Notes: generated from the letters alone by a model not told the origin. Counted from the stretch's first letter, positions 26,960-39,958 are shown. The stretch: 64,000 bases of DNA from Gracilinanus agilis (GCF_016433145.1 NC_058130.1:436813811-436877810), one strand, 5' to 3'. Made by a program: numbers and translations.

Positions 26960-27900
26960 TCCACCAGGAGCAAAGCAGATTACACAACTGTTTACTTGCC
27001 TTAATGATAATTTCATTCTTTAAAAAGTAGAGAAGTCGGGGCAGCTGGGTAGCTCAGTGGATTGAGAGTCAGGCCTGGAGACCGGAGGTCCTAGGTTCAA
27101 ACCCGGCCTCAGACACTTCCTAGCTGTGTGACCCTGGGCAAGTCACTTGACCCCCATTGCCCACCCATACCACTCTTCCACCAAGGAGCCAATACATAGA
27201 AGTTAAGGGTTTAAAAAAAAAGTAGAGAAGTCAATAAGAGACGACTGCTTCTCTGAACATGATTTTGATCAATAAGGGGAAACTGGTTGCTCAAGTAGAA
27301 ATCATGGAAATATTGAGAGGAAATGATTGGAACATCTTACAGTTTGTGTTATTTAAGGAGGGAAAATTGGGACTAGTCTGGTGGTCACCCTAGATGTGGA
27401 TAAAGTTTTTTATATGAACTGTGTGCCCCAAATCCTGCAGAAACTCTGGGGTTTTAAAGGGGTTGTAAAGCTGTCAAGAATGAACTTTTGAACATGAATT
27501 GAACTTGAACTTGAAGAATGAATTTGAAACATTAAAATGATTCCTACAAAGTAGAAAAGAGAACCATTTCACAAGACTGTTGTGGATACACAGAAATTAC
27601 ATTAAATTTTAAATTTCCAAAGACATGTATAGAAGATAGAAGCAAAGGAAGGATGCTGAGGAGAAAGAATGGAATGGTCATTCAAGAACAGCATCGGAAA
27701 CACTGAAGCTCAGAACAAGATGAGGCTGGCAATGGATGACAAAAGAAGTTTTAGCTATTTGGAGAGCACAAAGGAGAAGCAGTGAAGCCATAGGATCACT
27801 ACTTAATGTGGATTTCTTATTAAAGATGGGGGAAGAAGGAAGTATAGAGCAAAAATAATTCACAGGGAGTTGAAACTCAAAATGACTAAAAATCACCAAG
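26960..27900 (+). mobile_element. L3/CR1 ORF2 fragment, interrupted by a SINE
   Basis: Joined flanks read like CR1 endonuclease (TCLNDNFIL.KVEK). Downstream gaagctcagaacaagatgaggctggcaa is CR1-like. Confidence 0.65.
27038..27216 (+). mobile_element. SINE1_Mdo-type SINE (short-tail variant), low divergence
   Basis: 16-bp TSD aaaaagtagagaagtc at 27022-27037 and 27217-27232; TTT|AAAAA target site; CpGs retained. Confidence 0.95.
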
Positions 27901-28134
27901 CCCACATGATTTAAATCTCAGGCATACCTGTTATCCTATTGTATAAAGTCAGTCAACCTCCAATTAGTGAGAAATTATAAGGTGAATGAGAAAACAGAAT
28001 AACAGAAATATATTCCCACAGAAACCTGAAAACAATCAGTAAACAACTTGAAATTACTGGTATAAGTTTTCTTCTCCACTCCCCACCCCAACTTTTGTTA
28101 GGAATAGAGAAAGAAAGAGCTATCAGACAATAAG

Positions 28135-28378
28135 AACAATAACTGACATTTGTATAACTCTTTTAAAGTTTGCAAAATGCTTTACAACAACTATTTCACT
28201 GTATCCTCACAACAGCCTCAGAAAGTAGGTGCTATAATTATACTCATTTTATCAAAGAAACTGGGACTAACAGAAGCTAAGTAACTTTCCCAGGGTCATA
28301 CAGCTAAAAAGACTAAATCTGAACTCCAGTCTTCTGGCTCCAGGTCTATCATTCTACCCATTGTCCTACCTAGCTTCC
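28135..28378 (-). mobile_element. MIR SINE
   Basis: aaagtttgcaaaatgcttt...cattttatcaaagaaactgggact...ccagggtcatacagcta. Confidence 0.75.
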
Positions 28379-28929
28379 TAATATGGGACCAAAAACCAGT
28401 TATAGCATGATGGTGATGAGATGTTCACCACTGCTCCAAAGAAAATGGATAAAGAAAGTGTCCTTTGGTGAACGACAGAGATTCAGCTAATGTTGCAGTA
28501 CTGAGGCTTTGTCCAAGGACATTTGTCCCCCAAATTTAGAGAAAAATTACAGGACTTACAATTATTTCCTCAATTAGAAATAATTAAGATTTAAATTATT
28601 CATTAAAATAAATAGCTACTAGGAGTCACCCATGTTTCCTACTCATAGGTGAATTTTTTTTCTATCTGTCCTTCCTTCCTGTTTTAGTTCCGGGATCTGA
28701 GTCCATGGAAGTGAATTCTCCTTCGGCATTTGGAAAAACATTTCATGCCAATTTGTCCTGGGTATAATTTTTTCTACATCTAACTGATGATCAGTTAAAA
28801 TATTCATAGGAAGGCCCTTCTTATTTTGAGGATGAGGAAGATTCTTAAAGAGCAGGTGATTACTGGGTAAAAGAAGTGATTGAGAAAGTATTCATGGTGT
28901 GCCATGATGTAGAACAAGAAACACAGCAT

Positions 28930-29575
28930 GCATCACTCAGTAAATATTTGCTGAAGAGTTACTACGAGCAAAGCATAATGGTAGATTTTGTGAGGCTACA
29001 AAGCTGAATAAAAAAATAAAATTAAAAATTAAATAAAAGCTGATTTTGAAAACCTAATGATCTATTAGAAGTAATAAAATGTATATGCAGATGAATACAA
29101 TGCAAGACAGCATAAGATAAATATCATAAGAGTGATCCCAAATAATGTTATAGGAATTTAAAGATTAAAAACAAATTCTGTCCTCGGGGCTTCAACGAGG
29201 TATTATGGATAGAGTTGATAGAGGAGTAGAAGAAATCCATTTTGGCTGGAGAATCAGACATGTAAAGGAATTAATGAATGATAAAAAGTGTAAGGCAAAT
29301 TAGTCAGATTATAGAAGATTAGTCTAAAGAGACTATATTTGATTTTGTAGGCAACAGGAAATGTCTGAAGAGAAAATGCAAGGTTTTTAATCGGGGCAAT
29401 GACCTTATTAGGAGGCAATAAGCAGTGGATAGAATAGTGCACTTTAAAAAAAAAAACCTTATTTTATGTCTTAGCAACAACTCTAAGGCAGAATGTCAAG
29501 GGCTAGGCAAATGGGATCAAGTGACTTGCACAGGATGAAACAGCTAGAAAGTGTCTGAGGTGAGATTTAAAGTGG
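28930..29575 (-). mobile_element. L2 remnant (about 28930-29430) followed by a partial SINE1-related copy (about 29455-29575)
   Basis: Reverse L2 terminal text catcactcagtaaatatttgctgaag; SINE text ttatgtcttag...gggctaggcaaatgg...gtgacttgc. Confidence 0.55.
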
Positions 29576-31539
29576 CACAAGAAGACCTAGATTCAAATCT
29601 CACCTCTGACACCAGCTGTGTGGCTATGGGACTATTGTTGCATCTTTAGCCTCTGAGGATTATACATTGGAGATAAAACCTATAAATCCCGACCTCAAAG
29701 AATTCTGAGGTTCAAAGGAGATAATGATTCTAAAGCACTTTGTAACATTTATAAATATCAGTTATTTTATTATTCAAAATCAAAAGAGTACAGTAAGAAG
29801 ACTAATTTAATTTGATAGCTGTGTGCAGTAGAGAATGGAAAAAGGAAAGAATAAGAGGTCAGTTAGGAGAGTATTGAAATATGACCACATTACCTCTGAG
29901 TTGGAGGTAATGTGGTCATTTTGAATCTTCTGTCTCAGTGGGGTTAGAACTCATACAAATATAGTAAAATTAGCTAAATTGAGTTGAGACTGAAATAGAC
30001 TTCCATTTAATGATATCGATGACCCACTTCTATCTAAATCAACAAAATTCTTCACTTGTCATCTGGCTATTGACAATAGAGTAGATACGGTTTCAAATGA
30101 AGTCTCCTTTTATCCATATTCTTTCATTCTAGCCTGTATCAGAAGCAGTTTAGTAAATATTTTCAGGTTATGCATATCTCTGTGGTTCTTCCAAATGGAA
30201 AGGCTAGGTTTAGACAGATTTTTTTTCCTTCTGTCCAGATCTATCTCAGTCTATCTATCCCATTATTTGATCTTTACATTCTTTGATTGTGAGCTTGGCT
30301 ATGAGGTTATAAGAGAGATTTCTGCCTTAATTTCATTATCTGGTCAAGATCAAACTGCTGTTTTATTGAATGTGATTGCTGGAAGGCTTTTACTTCTCTG
30401 GATAGTTTTTGTTGCACAGGTAACCCTATACTTTCTTTTAGTTAATCTAACAGATATAATTCTAGAATAACTAAAAATAATAGCATACTACTGAGTCTGA
30501 TGGGATAGGGTCTCTCTTTCCCTAATGTATTCCTCTTGGCTTGGACCCACGTGCATGGGCAGAATGATTTTAACTTTGGAGTACATTGTTATTTCCAGTG
30601 AGAATTTTGGAGTCCCTTTTTCACACTCTTCTCTTCATCACAACCCCTACCTAGCTTCTTAGAGGGGAAATTGCTTGAGGCATGGTGGCTGAAGTATAGA
30701 GTCTCTCTGAAATGAGGGCAATGTACTATAGGAATTATAAGTGCGAATGTTATTAATTTGCTACTTTAAAAAATATAAGGAGAGGGCTAGAGCTTCTCTT
30801 TCTATCAGTGATCATCTTCTCTGAAGCAGCAACTTGCACTTCAGCTCCAATCAGTGGAACCAGGACCTGAAGACCTCTCAAACTCATAAGGTCACTGCCA
30901 AGCCTCAACATTTCCTCCTTATGATCAATGTGTAGTCACCAACTCAGGAAAGAAAATACAGGGTGGAAAAGGTAGCTTTGGGCTTCGGTTCAAGCTCTCT
31001 TACTTGAATTCACCTTCTCTGTCTGCCTCATGGGAGAGGTAGTCTTCAGATGGAGAAAGACCACCACAGATAGATTTAGAACTACATAATGCCACCTGCA
31101 GTACTAAAGGAAGAAAATCAGTGAGCAGTCATTCCCTCTTTAAAGGTCTACTGAATCATTGACTCTTTCTTCTTAATACCCATTTAAGGGAGAGCACTAT
31201 TGTTCACAAATTGCCCTTCAGGACTAAGTCACTGAAAGTAAACTGTAGCTTCATCATTCCCAAAGCATCCAAGCAAGTGTACAAGACCAACTGGAATCAG
31301 AGAGAGTAATTATATACAGCATTCAGATCCACTCTTCCTCTAGTTTTACTCATACTATTGGCGGAAAACTAGCTGGGATTTATCTGGCCCATTTGTTCAT
31401 ATACCCAGTTACGGGAAGTTCCAGCATGGGGGGTTCTTAAGGAAATTAAAACCTTGTCCTTTCAAGTACCTCACCCCTGTGCTCATACTATTAAGTCTCA
31501 AAAGAGCCATGTGGTACATCTCAGTGTTTTGTTTTGTTT

Positions 31540-31795
31540 TTCTTGTTGTTCAGTCCTTTCAGTTGTATCTGATTCTTTATAACCTCATTTAGGTTTTATT
31601 GTCAAAAAATGCTTGAGTGGTTTGCCATTTCCTTCTCTAGCTCATTTTATAGATGATGAAACTGAGGCAAACAGGGATAAGAGATTTATCCAGATTTATC
31701 CACATGGCTAGTAAGCATCAAAGGCTAAATTTGAACTCAGATCTTCCTGTTTCTAAATCTGGTGCCCCATTCCCTGCACTACCTAGCCATCCCCT
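31540..31795 (-). mobile_element. MAR1 core SINE
   Basis: gttgttcagtc...gagtggtttgccatttccttctctagctcatttt...gaaactgaggcaaacaggg, the RTE tail plus core in reverse. Confidence 0.85.
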
Positions 31796-34700
31796 TCATG
31801 TCTTATATAACATTTAAAGAGCTTGGTCCAGTCTTTATACAGTACCAAAAGTAAGAAATGTTAGAGAAGACCCATGGCCTATGGCAATTGATGGGTCTAA
31901 AGCTCATAATAATCCCCAAATAAAAAGTTAAATAAATTCAAAAATAACATTTTACATTTTGTCAGAGTTTTGCCTATTTAGTACTTAGGAAGAGCCAGTC
32001 TCAACTCAAGCAAAAAGAGGAAAGGATTTTAAAGAATGAAAAAATTGAAATAAAACAAAAGATAGAAGTGAAAAAGAGAAAGTGAATGGACAAAATAAGA
32101 TTTCTTTCTCAAGGAAATCTTAATTCTAAGCGAGACAAATTCTTGACTATGTGAGCCTCTCCCTATGGGATAAAGAATTAACTAATAGATGAGAAAACTG
32201 ACTGTCCTATGTACAAATTCTTCTGAGTCCCTTAAGCACACAAGGCAACCCTTTTATTTTCCCCAATTTGTCAATTGCCAAACAAAAGATCATCCAAAAG
32301 ATGTTTAGGGCAAAAGCTGTCTGGGTGTCCCTGGAAAGCATAGGACAGCCCACTTTTGTTCAATGGATCCTTACCAGTATGTAGATGAATTCAAAAGGAG
32401 GTTCTAACTCTCATATTTTTAGGACAATCAGACAGTTAAAAAAGAAAAATCAAGTTCATATGAATTGTGAACAGAGGCGGGACTGCTAAAAAGGAATCAG
32501 TCCCTTGGTGTTGATTGGAATCATCTTGTCAAACACCATACACGTTTTGAACAGAAGGGCACCCCTGATGGGCCCAAGAGACCTGGGACACACATCCATC
32601 TCTATTCTCTAAAAAGGGGCTCCTCTATTATGGACCATGTATGTTGTCCGAACCAGGCTCAATTCTGGAGGAATGTTACATCTGATAAGAGCAAGTTAGC
32701 TCAGTTTCTTTATATACTTTTACATAGCATCAGAGACCCAGGAATAATTTACTTAAAACTTCAGTTTGGGCTCATGTTTAAGAAACTCCCCAAAAACAAA
32801 AAGAGGTGCAATGAATAACATTAATCAGGTTTAGGGCATGTATTTAATTCCTACAAACAAAAGAAATACTAAATGCCAACACTCAAGATAGGCATTCCTA
32901 GAAAGACTTCTCTAATATAAACAAGCAGCATTGCTAACAATTTATGCTCTGAGAGGAGGCTGTTTATTTTTCACCATTCTTCCCTAAGTTGGAAAGCACT
33001 AGCATTATTAGTGGAATTAAACTCGGATGTGAGAATACAAGGATTTTTCAAAGCTGAAGAGGCTTCTTACTGTCTATTTAAGGCATAATAATAAAGTATC
33101 ATCTGCCTCCAAAACTCAAAGTCATCTGATTAGTAATAGCGACCCAATATTAGGGAATTCAACATCAGCCTTTTATACTTCCATTTACCTCGATGATAAA
33201 GATCTGAATGACTATGATGATTGTGGTGGTGATGATGGTGATGACTGTGTAGATTTACAAAGTGCTTTCTTCTTCAAGAGCTCGATGTGCTAATGCTTAT
33301 GTAGCCTTCCATCACTGTTAGACTACATTTTTAAATGGCCAAATTTCATATAAATTCTGCTCTTATAAGTATAATTAGGAAATAGATGTTGATAATTCTA
33401 CCATTTAGACAACAAAATCTCTCTAAGAGTGAGCTGGGAGATTAAGATTTCAACTTTGTCCTAGGACATCTCACTCCCTCCTGTATGTCTCCAGAGCTGC
33501 CCCATGTTTTTATGTTGCCAGGACAGGAGATGGGCTGTAAACCAGGAAAACTCGGGGTAGGTCACAGGTGTCTGGGAGAAATAATAATAAGTACATTATA
33601 AAATTCTTACTTTAGTAGGATTTAAAAAAGTTTTAAAGGACACAATTTAAAATAGATGATGAGTTAAGGTAGAGAAAAGGGGGTAAGTTCCAACAGTTCC
33701 TTTTATTTGTTTTCCTTAAGCCCTCTAACCATTGGAGTCACCGTCCATTAGAAGGTGACATAGATTTGTTCTTTGCTTGTCCATTTAGAAGAGACCTCTC
33801 ATGTTCTGCCAGGAGATTGAGGAAAGGGTCTATAAATGACACTGCCAGCAGAACAAAATTGTTCTGTTGCTCTATGTGTGTTTGTCTGGAGGTGCAGAGT
33901 CCCTGACATATTTCTCTTCTCCTATTTTTCCCTCAAAAGATCTTACAAAATTTCTATTGTACTGGAAGAAACTATGAAGTTAGATTCCTCTCTTCCCAAG
34001 CTAAGAAGAAATTCAAATACCAGGGACTTAGATCTTCAATAACCATTGAATGACTGACAGTAGGGGTTTTAATAATTAATTTCTAAATATTTCCTTTGAT
34101 GGTTAGTTCGTTGGGGAGGTGGTAATATCCTACAGTCTCTAAAAACTAATATAGGGATAGCTATTACAATGACTTCTTTCCCATATTCCTAACTAGTGCT
34201 TGACATTTGCCTAAAGAATCAATGGTGTGGGATAGAGTCTGTTCAATCTTTTTTTTAAATCAATAGTTAACCCAAATTAAATTGGAATTTCCAAATCAAT
34301 ATTTCCTCAACAAAATTTAAGTCCCACCACCAAGCACCAATTTTCCAATAACCAAATAGCTTTAGTGGCTATTTGCCTCATTTTACAGCTATGTAACACA
34401 TAATATGAATTTAATAAAATATGCAATAACATTTCCATAAAGTATAATACTTCCAAAAAGTATGCAGTCATTTAAACACAACTATATACTAGTTCCATGA
34501 ATCAACATATGTATATGTGTGTGTATGTTTATATAAACACGTATATATGTGCACAACCATATATAGCTTCCATATTATAATGTAGACCTTGAAAAGAAAC
34601 AAAGAAAAGAAAGGAAGAAAAACATTCACCAGTGAGCCCCTGCTAGTGGAAGAAGATTTAGCTTGATTCCAACCTCCACAAATATATTTAAAGATCTTGG

Positions 34701-35316
34701 ACAAAGCCAAAAATACATAATTGGCATCCTACTCAAATGCATAATCACAATAATATTTCCATTTAAAGTGGAGTCTATGTGTGGTTCATGCCTCCATACA
34801 GTGTTTTTGCAACCAGAAAATCGTACAGGAATCTTAAATTAAGTGGCCAGGTATCTAGGATGGCTAGATAGACAATAAGGCCTCATACCAAAATGTATGC
34901 AACAAAACTGCCTTCCATGTAAGACTTTTGTGTTCATGGGAAATGGGAACAAAATTTGAAGACACGAGGGAATAAGGAAACTCTCTGTCCTGCAAAGCCT
35001 GATAGGATTGGGAGCAGAAGTGGGAATTCAGGTAGTTCATATTTCCTCTCAAATTAGTCTCACAAAACAATATGAAGGCTGTTCTGTACCAGGACTGTCT
35101 TCAGCACTATGTGCTGATTGTTTCTTTCACATTAAATTGGACTCCATGCATGTGCCCACTAAGCAAACAGCTTCCTATGATATACCTTTCCCATTTGACA
35201 TCCTGATTTCACAAACTCCAGGCTTCAATTTTTGTCCCGTGGATTTCATAAGTTCTTGATAGACTGCTGATCTTCTGGATCATACGCATATACACACTGT
35301 AGAAATGGCATTAGAC

Positions 35317-35501
35317 CAGTGGTTCCCAAACTTTTTTGGCCTACACCCCCTTTCCAGAAAAAATATTACTTAGCACCCCCTGTCACATACTATCACCTCC
35401 CAGTTATTCACCACTCCCAAATGCACCTGTGGCCATCACCCCTCCTCTGGATAGCTGCAGCACCCACCAGGGGGCAGTGGCACCCACATTGGGAATCACT
35501 G
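35317..35501. mobile_element. hAT MITE, 185 bp, CAGTGGTTCCCAAA TIR
   Basis: cagtggttcccaaa ... attgggaatcactg (12/14). Perfect 8-bp TSD cattagac at 35309-35316 and 35502-35509. Confidence 0.93.
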
Positions 35502-35959
35502 CATTAGACTATATTAGGGCAAGGACTTTCCTCCTATTCCTGTACTTCCAGTCACAGTATCTAAATACAATCGTAGAAGATAATAGACACTCAATAAATG
35601 CTGATTAACATCAGTATTTCTCTGGAGAATCCAGTGTTTTCAACGCTTCCAAGGTAAATTATATTTTAAAAACATAAAGCAAGTCTAATGCAAATTCTTA
35701 GAGACATATATAATGCCACAGTCCTATTGATGATTTTGGAAACTTTGTGCCTCATACATAATAAATGCTTTATAAATATATATGTATATACATACATATA
35801 TATGTAGTTGAATAAATTTGAGGATCATCGGATAAAAATATAAATGAGGAAAACATTGTCAGTATTTTATAATTTTTCATAATCATTTTTAGGAACTCCA
35901 TTTTTGAGTGCCTTGTAGAGAGAAAGGATTGTGCTAGACATTGTGGAACAAAATGAGGA

Positions 35960-36225
35960 GCTAGAATAAAGTGGTAAAGTGGGAGAGCTAGATTAAGAAA
36001 GTCCTGAGTTTTAATCCTGCCTCAGACACTTACTTGCTCAGTGTCACTGGACAAGTCAATTAACCTACTTCTGCTTCAGTTTCCTCATCTGTATAATGGG
36101 GATAATAATATCTAACTCATAGAGTTGTTGTGAAGATCAAATGACATGTGAGTAAAGGGTTTGGAAAACCAAAAAAAAAATGTTTTGGAAACAAAAACAT
36201 GCTAAATTAAATACTAGCTACTATT
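35960..36225 (+). mobile_element. MIR SINE
   Basis: gtcctgagttttaatcctgcctcagacacttact...cagtttcctcatctgtataatggggataataata. Confidence 0.85.
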
Positions 36226-36870
36226 TTATATATGTATGTACATATATGTATATACATTTTATATGGGGAAAAAAAACATTTATTACCTTAATAGAGATTG
36301 TTCTGCAACCGAAGTAATAGGTGCTGCTTTTCCTTTGATTGGAATCACTAACGAATCTCCATGGATGGATAAATGCTTATTATAATGGATAGTTCAGTTG
36401 TGACAGAAAATCAGTGTGATTTTTGTGAGAAAAATCAAAAGAGGCATCTTGGCAAACTTTTAAAGAACAACAAAACATGTGCTTTTGTTCCCAAGTAGAA
36501 TAACAACAACCAAAAAAAAAAAACCTAAATGTTTTCTTTTTTAGGTTAACCATGTTCTGGTATGTGAATGGCATTTCTCTTTCAATAATTTAAAAATCCA
36601 ATTTGAAACATAATCTCCTTGGGGAAGAAATTGTGTTTTCCTTTATTCTCTGCAGAGCTGAACACATTCGTGAAACTCAATAATAATAAATAATGTAATA
36701 ATCCTCTCTAACCATGGAAAAATATTTTAATATGTGTTTTTGTTTATGAGAGCCTAGGCTAACGGGAGTCCTTTTAAAACCCACTGTTGATTTTTAGTTA
36801 CTATTTATACAGTGCTAGTCATTTGAAATATCTTTAGTAGTTGTTTTTATTAATCACTACTTTGTTCTAG

Positions 36871-37019
36871 GAGCGTCTTCTGCTCTCTTTACTGCCTGCT
36901 CACATCGCCATGGAAATGAAAGCAGAGATCATTCAGAGGTTGCAGGGACCCAAAGCAGGCCAGCTGGAAAACACAAACAACTTTCACAATCTCTACGTCA
37001 AGCGGCACACTAATGTGAG
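36871..37019 (+). CDS. ADCY2: ADCY2 coding exon (human exon 5 equivalent), 149 nt: ERLLLSLLPAHIAMEMKAEIIQRLQGPKAGQLENTNNFHNLYVKRHTNV(S)
   Basis: Acceptor tttgttctag|GAG and donor GAG|gtattg. Translation matches the recalled AC2 segment preceding C1a. The phase-2 end joins 43108 to form AGC (Ser). Confidence 0.97.
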
Positions 37020-37569
37020 GTATTGTGCTTTGTTCATGTTTGTTAGCAAGATTCAGCAAATGATTTGGCCAAAGAATAGACTTCCTGGTGCCTGCATATC
37101 CAAAGTCCAGATCTTGATATTACATCATTAATTCTTCCCCCCTCCCCTTAAACCTTTACCTTCTGCCTTAAAATCAATGATAGGAGTTGGTTTCAATGCA
37201 GAAGAAAGGTGTTGAGTGACTTTTCCTTGTGTCACACAGGGAGGCCAAATTTGAACCTAAGTCTTCCCAACTCTAAACCTGGCTCTCTATTGGCTCTGCT
37301 ACCTACCTTCCCCAAAATCATTAATTCTTAACTGTTGTTCCAGTGATCATATTCCTTGTTTTAATGATTGTTAAATGTTTTGACAATATGACTGCCACCT
37401 TCATGGTTGCTCTTGGAACTTTGCAGTCATTGAAATGCTGAATAATTTGTGTTCCTCTGTACTTTCTTGGGATATCTTTCTTTCCCATTCATTATCCTAT
37501 TTTTTCGCAAATGAATATTATTGAAATATTTTAGGTCCAATTTTTGAAGAGCATATTAATAAAAATAAA

Positions 37570-37880
37570 TTGGTATAGTAGTTAGAATGCTGGATTTGGA
37601 GCCAGAAAGATCTAAGTATAAATTCTTGCTCACTCTTTTAATAACTATGTTAGTAATAATAGTTCTATTGTTATTACTACTTATTTAGTTATAAATTATA
37701 TTTATTTATAATGAATTTATTATACATTATTTAGTAATAAATAAATTTAGTAATACTAGGAAGTAGTAAACTAATAACTTGGGCAGGTCACTTACCTCCG
37801 CTCTGCCCTAGTTTCCTCATTATTAAATGAGTGTGTTTGATTTATTGGCCTCCAAGAAGCCTTAAGACTGGAAATGTACG
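37570..37880 (+). mobile_element. MIR-type SINE split by an AT-rich insert
   Basis: Head ggtatagtagttagaatgctggatttggagccag; core resumes at aacttgggcaggtcactt...tagtttcctcat. Confidence 0.65.
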
Positions 37881-37974
37881 GTCCTGTGAAATGCTAACTG
37901 AGACTCGGGCAAATGTTTATTTAAAATGTCCAAAGACAAAATTGATTGTGACTTTAAGGAGCTTAAGAAAGAAT

Positions 37975-38160
37975 GGAGAGGCAGCTAGGTAGCTCAGTGG
38001 ATTGAGAGTCAGGTCTAGAGATGGGATGCCCTGTGGCCTCAGATACTTCCTAGCTGTGTGATCCTGGGCAAGTTACTTAACACCAATTACCTAGCCCTTA
38101 CCACTCTTCTGCCTTTGAATAAATATATTATTTAGTTGTTATTCTAAGCTGGAAGGTAAG
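37975..38160 (+). mobile_element. SINE1-type SINE with an internal deletion, tailed by (GGAA)n
   Basis: gaggcagctaggtagctcagtggattgagagtcagg...ccttaccactcttctgcc...ggaaggtaag. Confidence 0.88.
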
Positions 38161-38259
38161 TGGAAAGAAAGAAAAGAAGGAAGGAAGGAAGGAAGGAAGG
38201 AAGGAAGGAAGGAAGGAAGGAAGGAAGGAAGGAAGGAAGGAAGGAAGGAAGGAGGAAAG
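38161..38259. repeat. (GGAA)n microsatellite running into a gap
   Basis: Direct reading. Confidence 0.97.
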
Positions 38260-38681
38260 NNNNNNNNNNNNNNNNNNNNNNNNNNNNNNNNNNNNNNNNN
38301 NNNNNNNNNNNNNNNNNNNNNNNNNNNNNNNNNNNNNNNNNNNNNNNNNNNNNNNNNNNNNNNNNNNNNNNNNNNNNNNNNNNNNNNNNNNNNNNNNNNN
38401 NNNNNNNNNNNNNNNNNNNNNNNNNNNNNNNNNNNNNNNNNNNNNNNNNNNNNNNNNNNNNNNNNNNNNNNNNNNNNNNNNNNNNNNNNNNNNNNNNNNN
38501 NNNNNNNNNNNNNNNNNNNNNNNNNNNNNNNNNNNNNNNNNNNNNNNNNNNNNNNNNNNNNNNNNNNNNNNNNNNNNNNNNNNNNNNNNNNNNNNNNNNN
38601 NNNNNNNNNNNNNNNNNNNNNNNNNNNNNNNNNNNNNNNNNNNNNNNNNNNNNNNNNNNNNNNNNNNNNNNNNNNNNNNNN
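38260..38681. other. Assembly gap (422 N)
   Basis: Run of n. Confidence 1.
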
Positions 38682-38809
38682 TAACTATTACCATGAACAT
38701 CAACAATCAAATTGAGTTATTAGAAATGCAGTGCCAAGTATTCTGAAACAGGGTAATTAATTCATTTCTTCTAAATGCAAAGAATCTTTTCAATTGATAA
38801 ATTAACATT

Positions 38810-39600
38810 CCATGTAATTCAGCAATTTATTAACACCAACTGTGTGCCAAATAAAAACAGCTTCTATCCTCAAGGAGTTTACAATCTACTACAGAGAAAC
38901 ATATGTGCAGATAAGCACTTATAACTATATAAAAATAATTTAAGATTAGGAGGAGTGAAGGGGTGGGGCTGTCAGAAAAGGCCTAGATTTAGGAAGTGTC
39001 ATTTGGACTGAGCCTTGACAGATGCTAGGTCTTTTAAGAAGTAGAGATAAGAAAATAGAGTATTCTGGGCATGGAGGACAACCTGTAGAAAGACATATGT
39101 ACAAAAGATAAATGCCATATGTGGGGAATAATTGGTGATCAATTTGACTGGAAAGAAGAATATGCAAAGAGTACTATTGTAAAATCAGTTTGGACAAGAA
39201 AATTGGAACCAAATTGTGATGGACTTTAAATGCCAATCAGAGAAAAAAATTTAATCCTAGAGACAATATGAAGCCACTGAAATTTCTTGATCAGGAGAAT
39301 GATATGGTCAGATCTGTGTTTTAAGAATATATCAGTTTGGCTGGCATATGGAGCAAGGAGCAGAGAAGGACAAGACGGGAAGAGAAAGAATGATCCATTA
39401 AATAACAAACATTTATTAGGTATCTTTTATGTGCTAGGTACCGGGTATATATAAATAGATTTTAAAAAATAGACCTCAAAGAACTTTTATTCCACTGAAT
39501 GATAATTAGAAGACCAATTAGGACATTACTACAACAGCACAGGTAAAGGTGCTGAGGGTCTAAACTTGTGTGAAGCTCTGTGAGTAGAAGGAAAGGAACA
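38810..39600 (-). mobile_element. L2 remnant
   Basis: caatttattaacaccaactgtgtgcca...cctcaaggagtttacaatcta...gatatggtcagatctgtgttttaagaa, typical reverse L2. Confidence 0.7.
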
Positions 39601-39757
39601 ATTCTAAAAAAATGAATATTTCATCATTTCTATCCTTTTTGCATACAAGCAAGTCCACTAAAGGTCGAGAGAGAGAATATTTTATTTGGTCGTCTTTTAT
39701 TGATGAATAATTTTGCAGTTAATTTGATAAAACTGTCAATCTTTAATAACCTTTTCT

Positions 39758-39958
39758 TAGGATTCTGAACCTTTTGTGTGCCAGGGACCACTTTGTCAGG
39801 CTAGTGAAGCTTATAAACCCATGTATAAAATAAAATACAGAGGAGTATAAAGGAAATCTATTATATCAACATGTAATTGACATGTTTGACATGTCATAAT
39901 TGACATGAAATTATAAAAGATTACAAGCGAGTTCTTAGATCCAAATCAAGAACTCCTG
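39758..39958. mobile_element. Old hAT-Charlie non-autonomous remnant (Charlie4a-like)
   Basis: Degenerate ends taggattctgaacc ... caagaactcctg; interior resembles the recalled Charlie4a (tgtgccagggacc..., taaaataaaatacagagg). Confidence 0.55.

Noticed and set aside
30780-31500. Higher-complexity block that might be a processed pseudogene or ERV fragment
   Set aside because: The frames I translated gave no recognisable protein, and I saw no poly-A/TSD or LTR hallmarks.
1-36870. Search for ADCY2 exon 4, a nested gene or an endogenous viral element in the long intron
   Set aside because: No matching exon text and no long non-repeat ORF seen. A tblastn against viral proteins would be needed to exclude heavily decayed elements.
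37014-37025. GTGAGG five nt upstream of the exon 5 donor as an alternative donor
   Set aside because: It would frameshift, and it is forced by the Val-Ser codons; no evidence of use.
38128-38710. Longest ORFs in the track (174-192 aa), and similar ORFs at 14222-14576
   Set aside because: Artefacts of N gaps and the (GGAA)n repeat.
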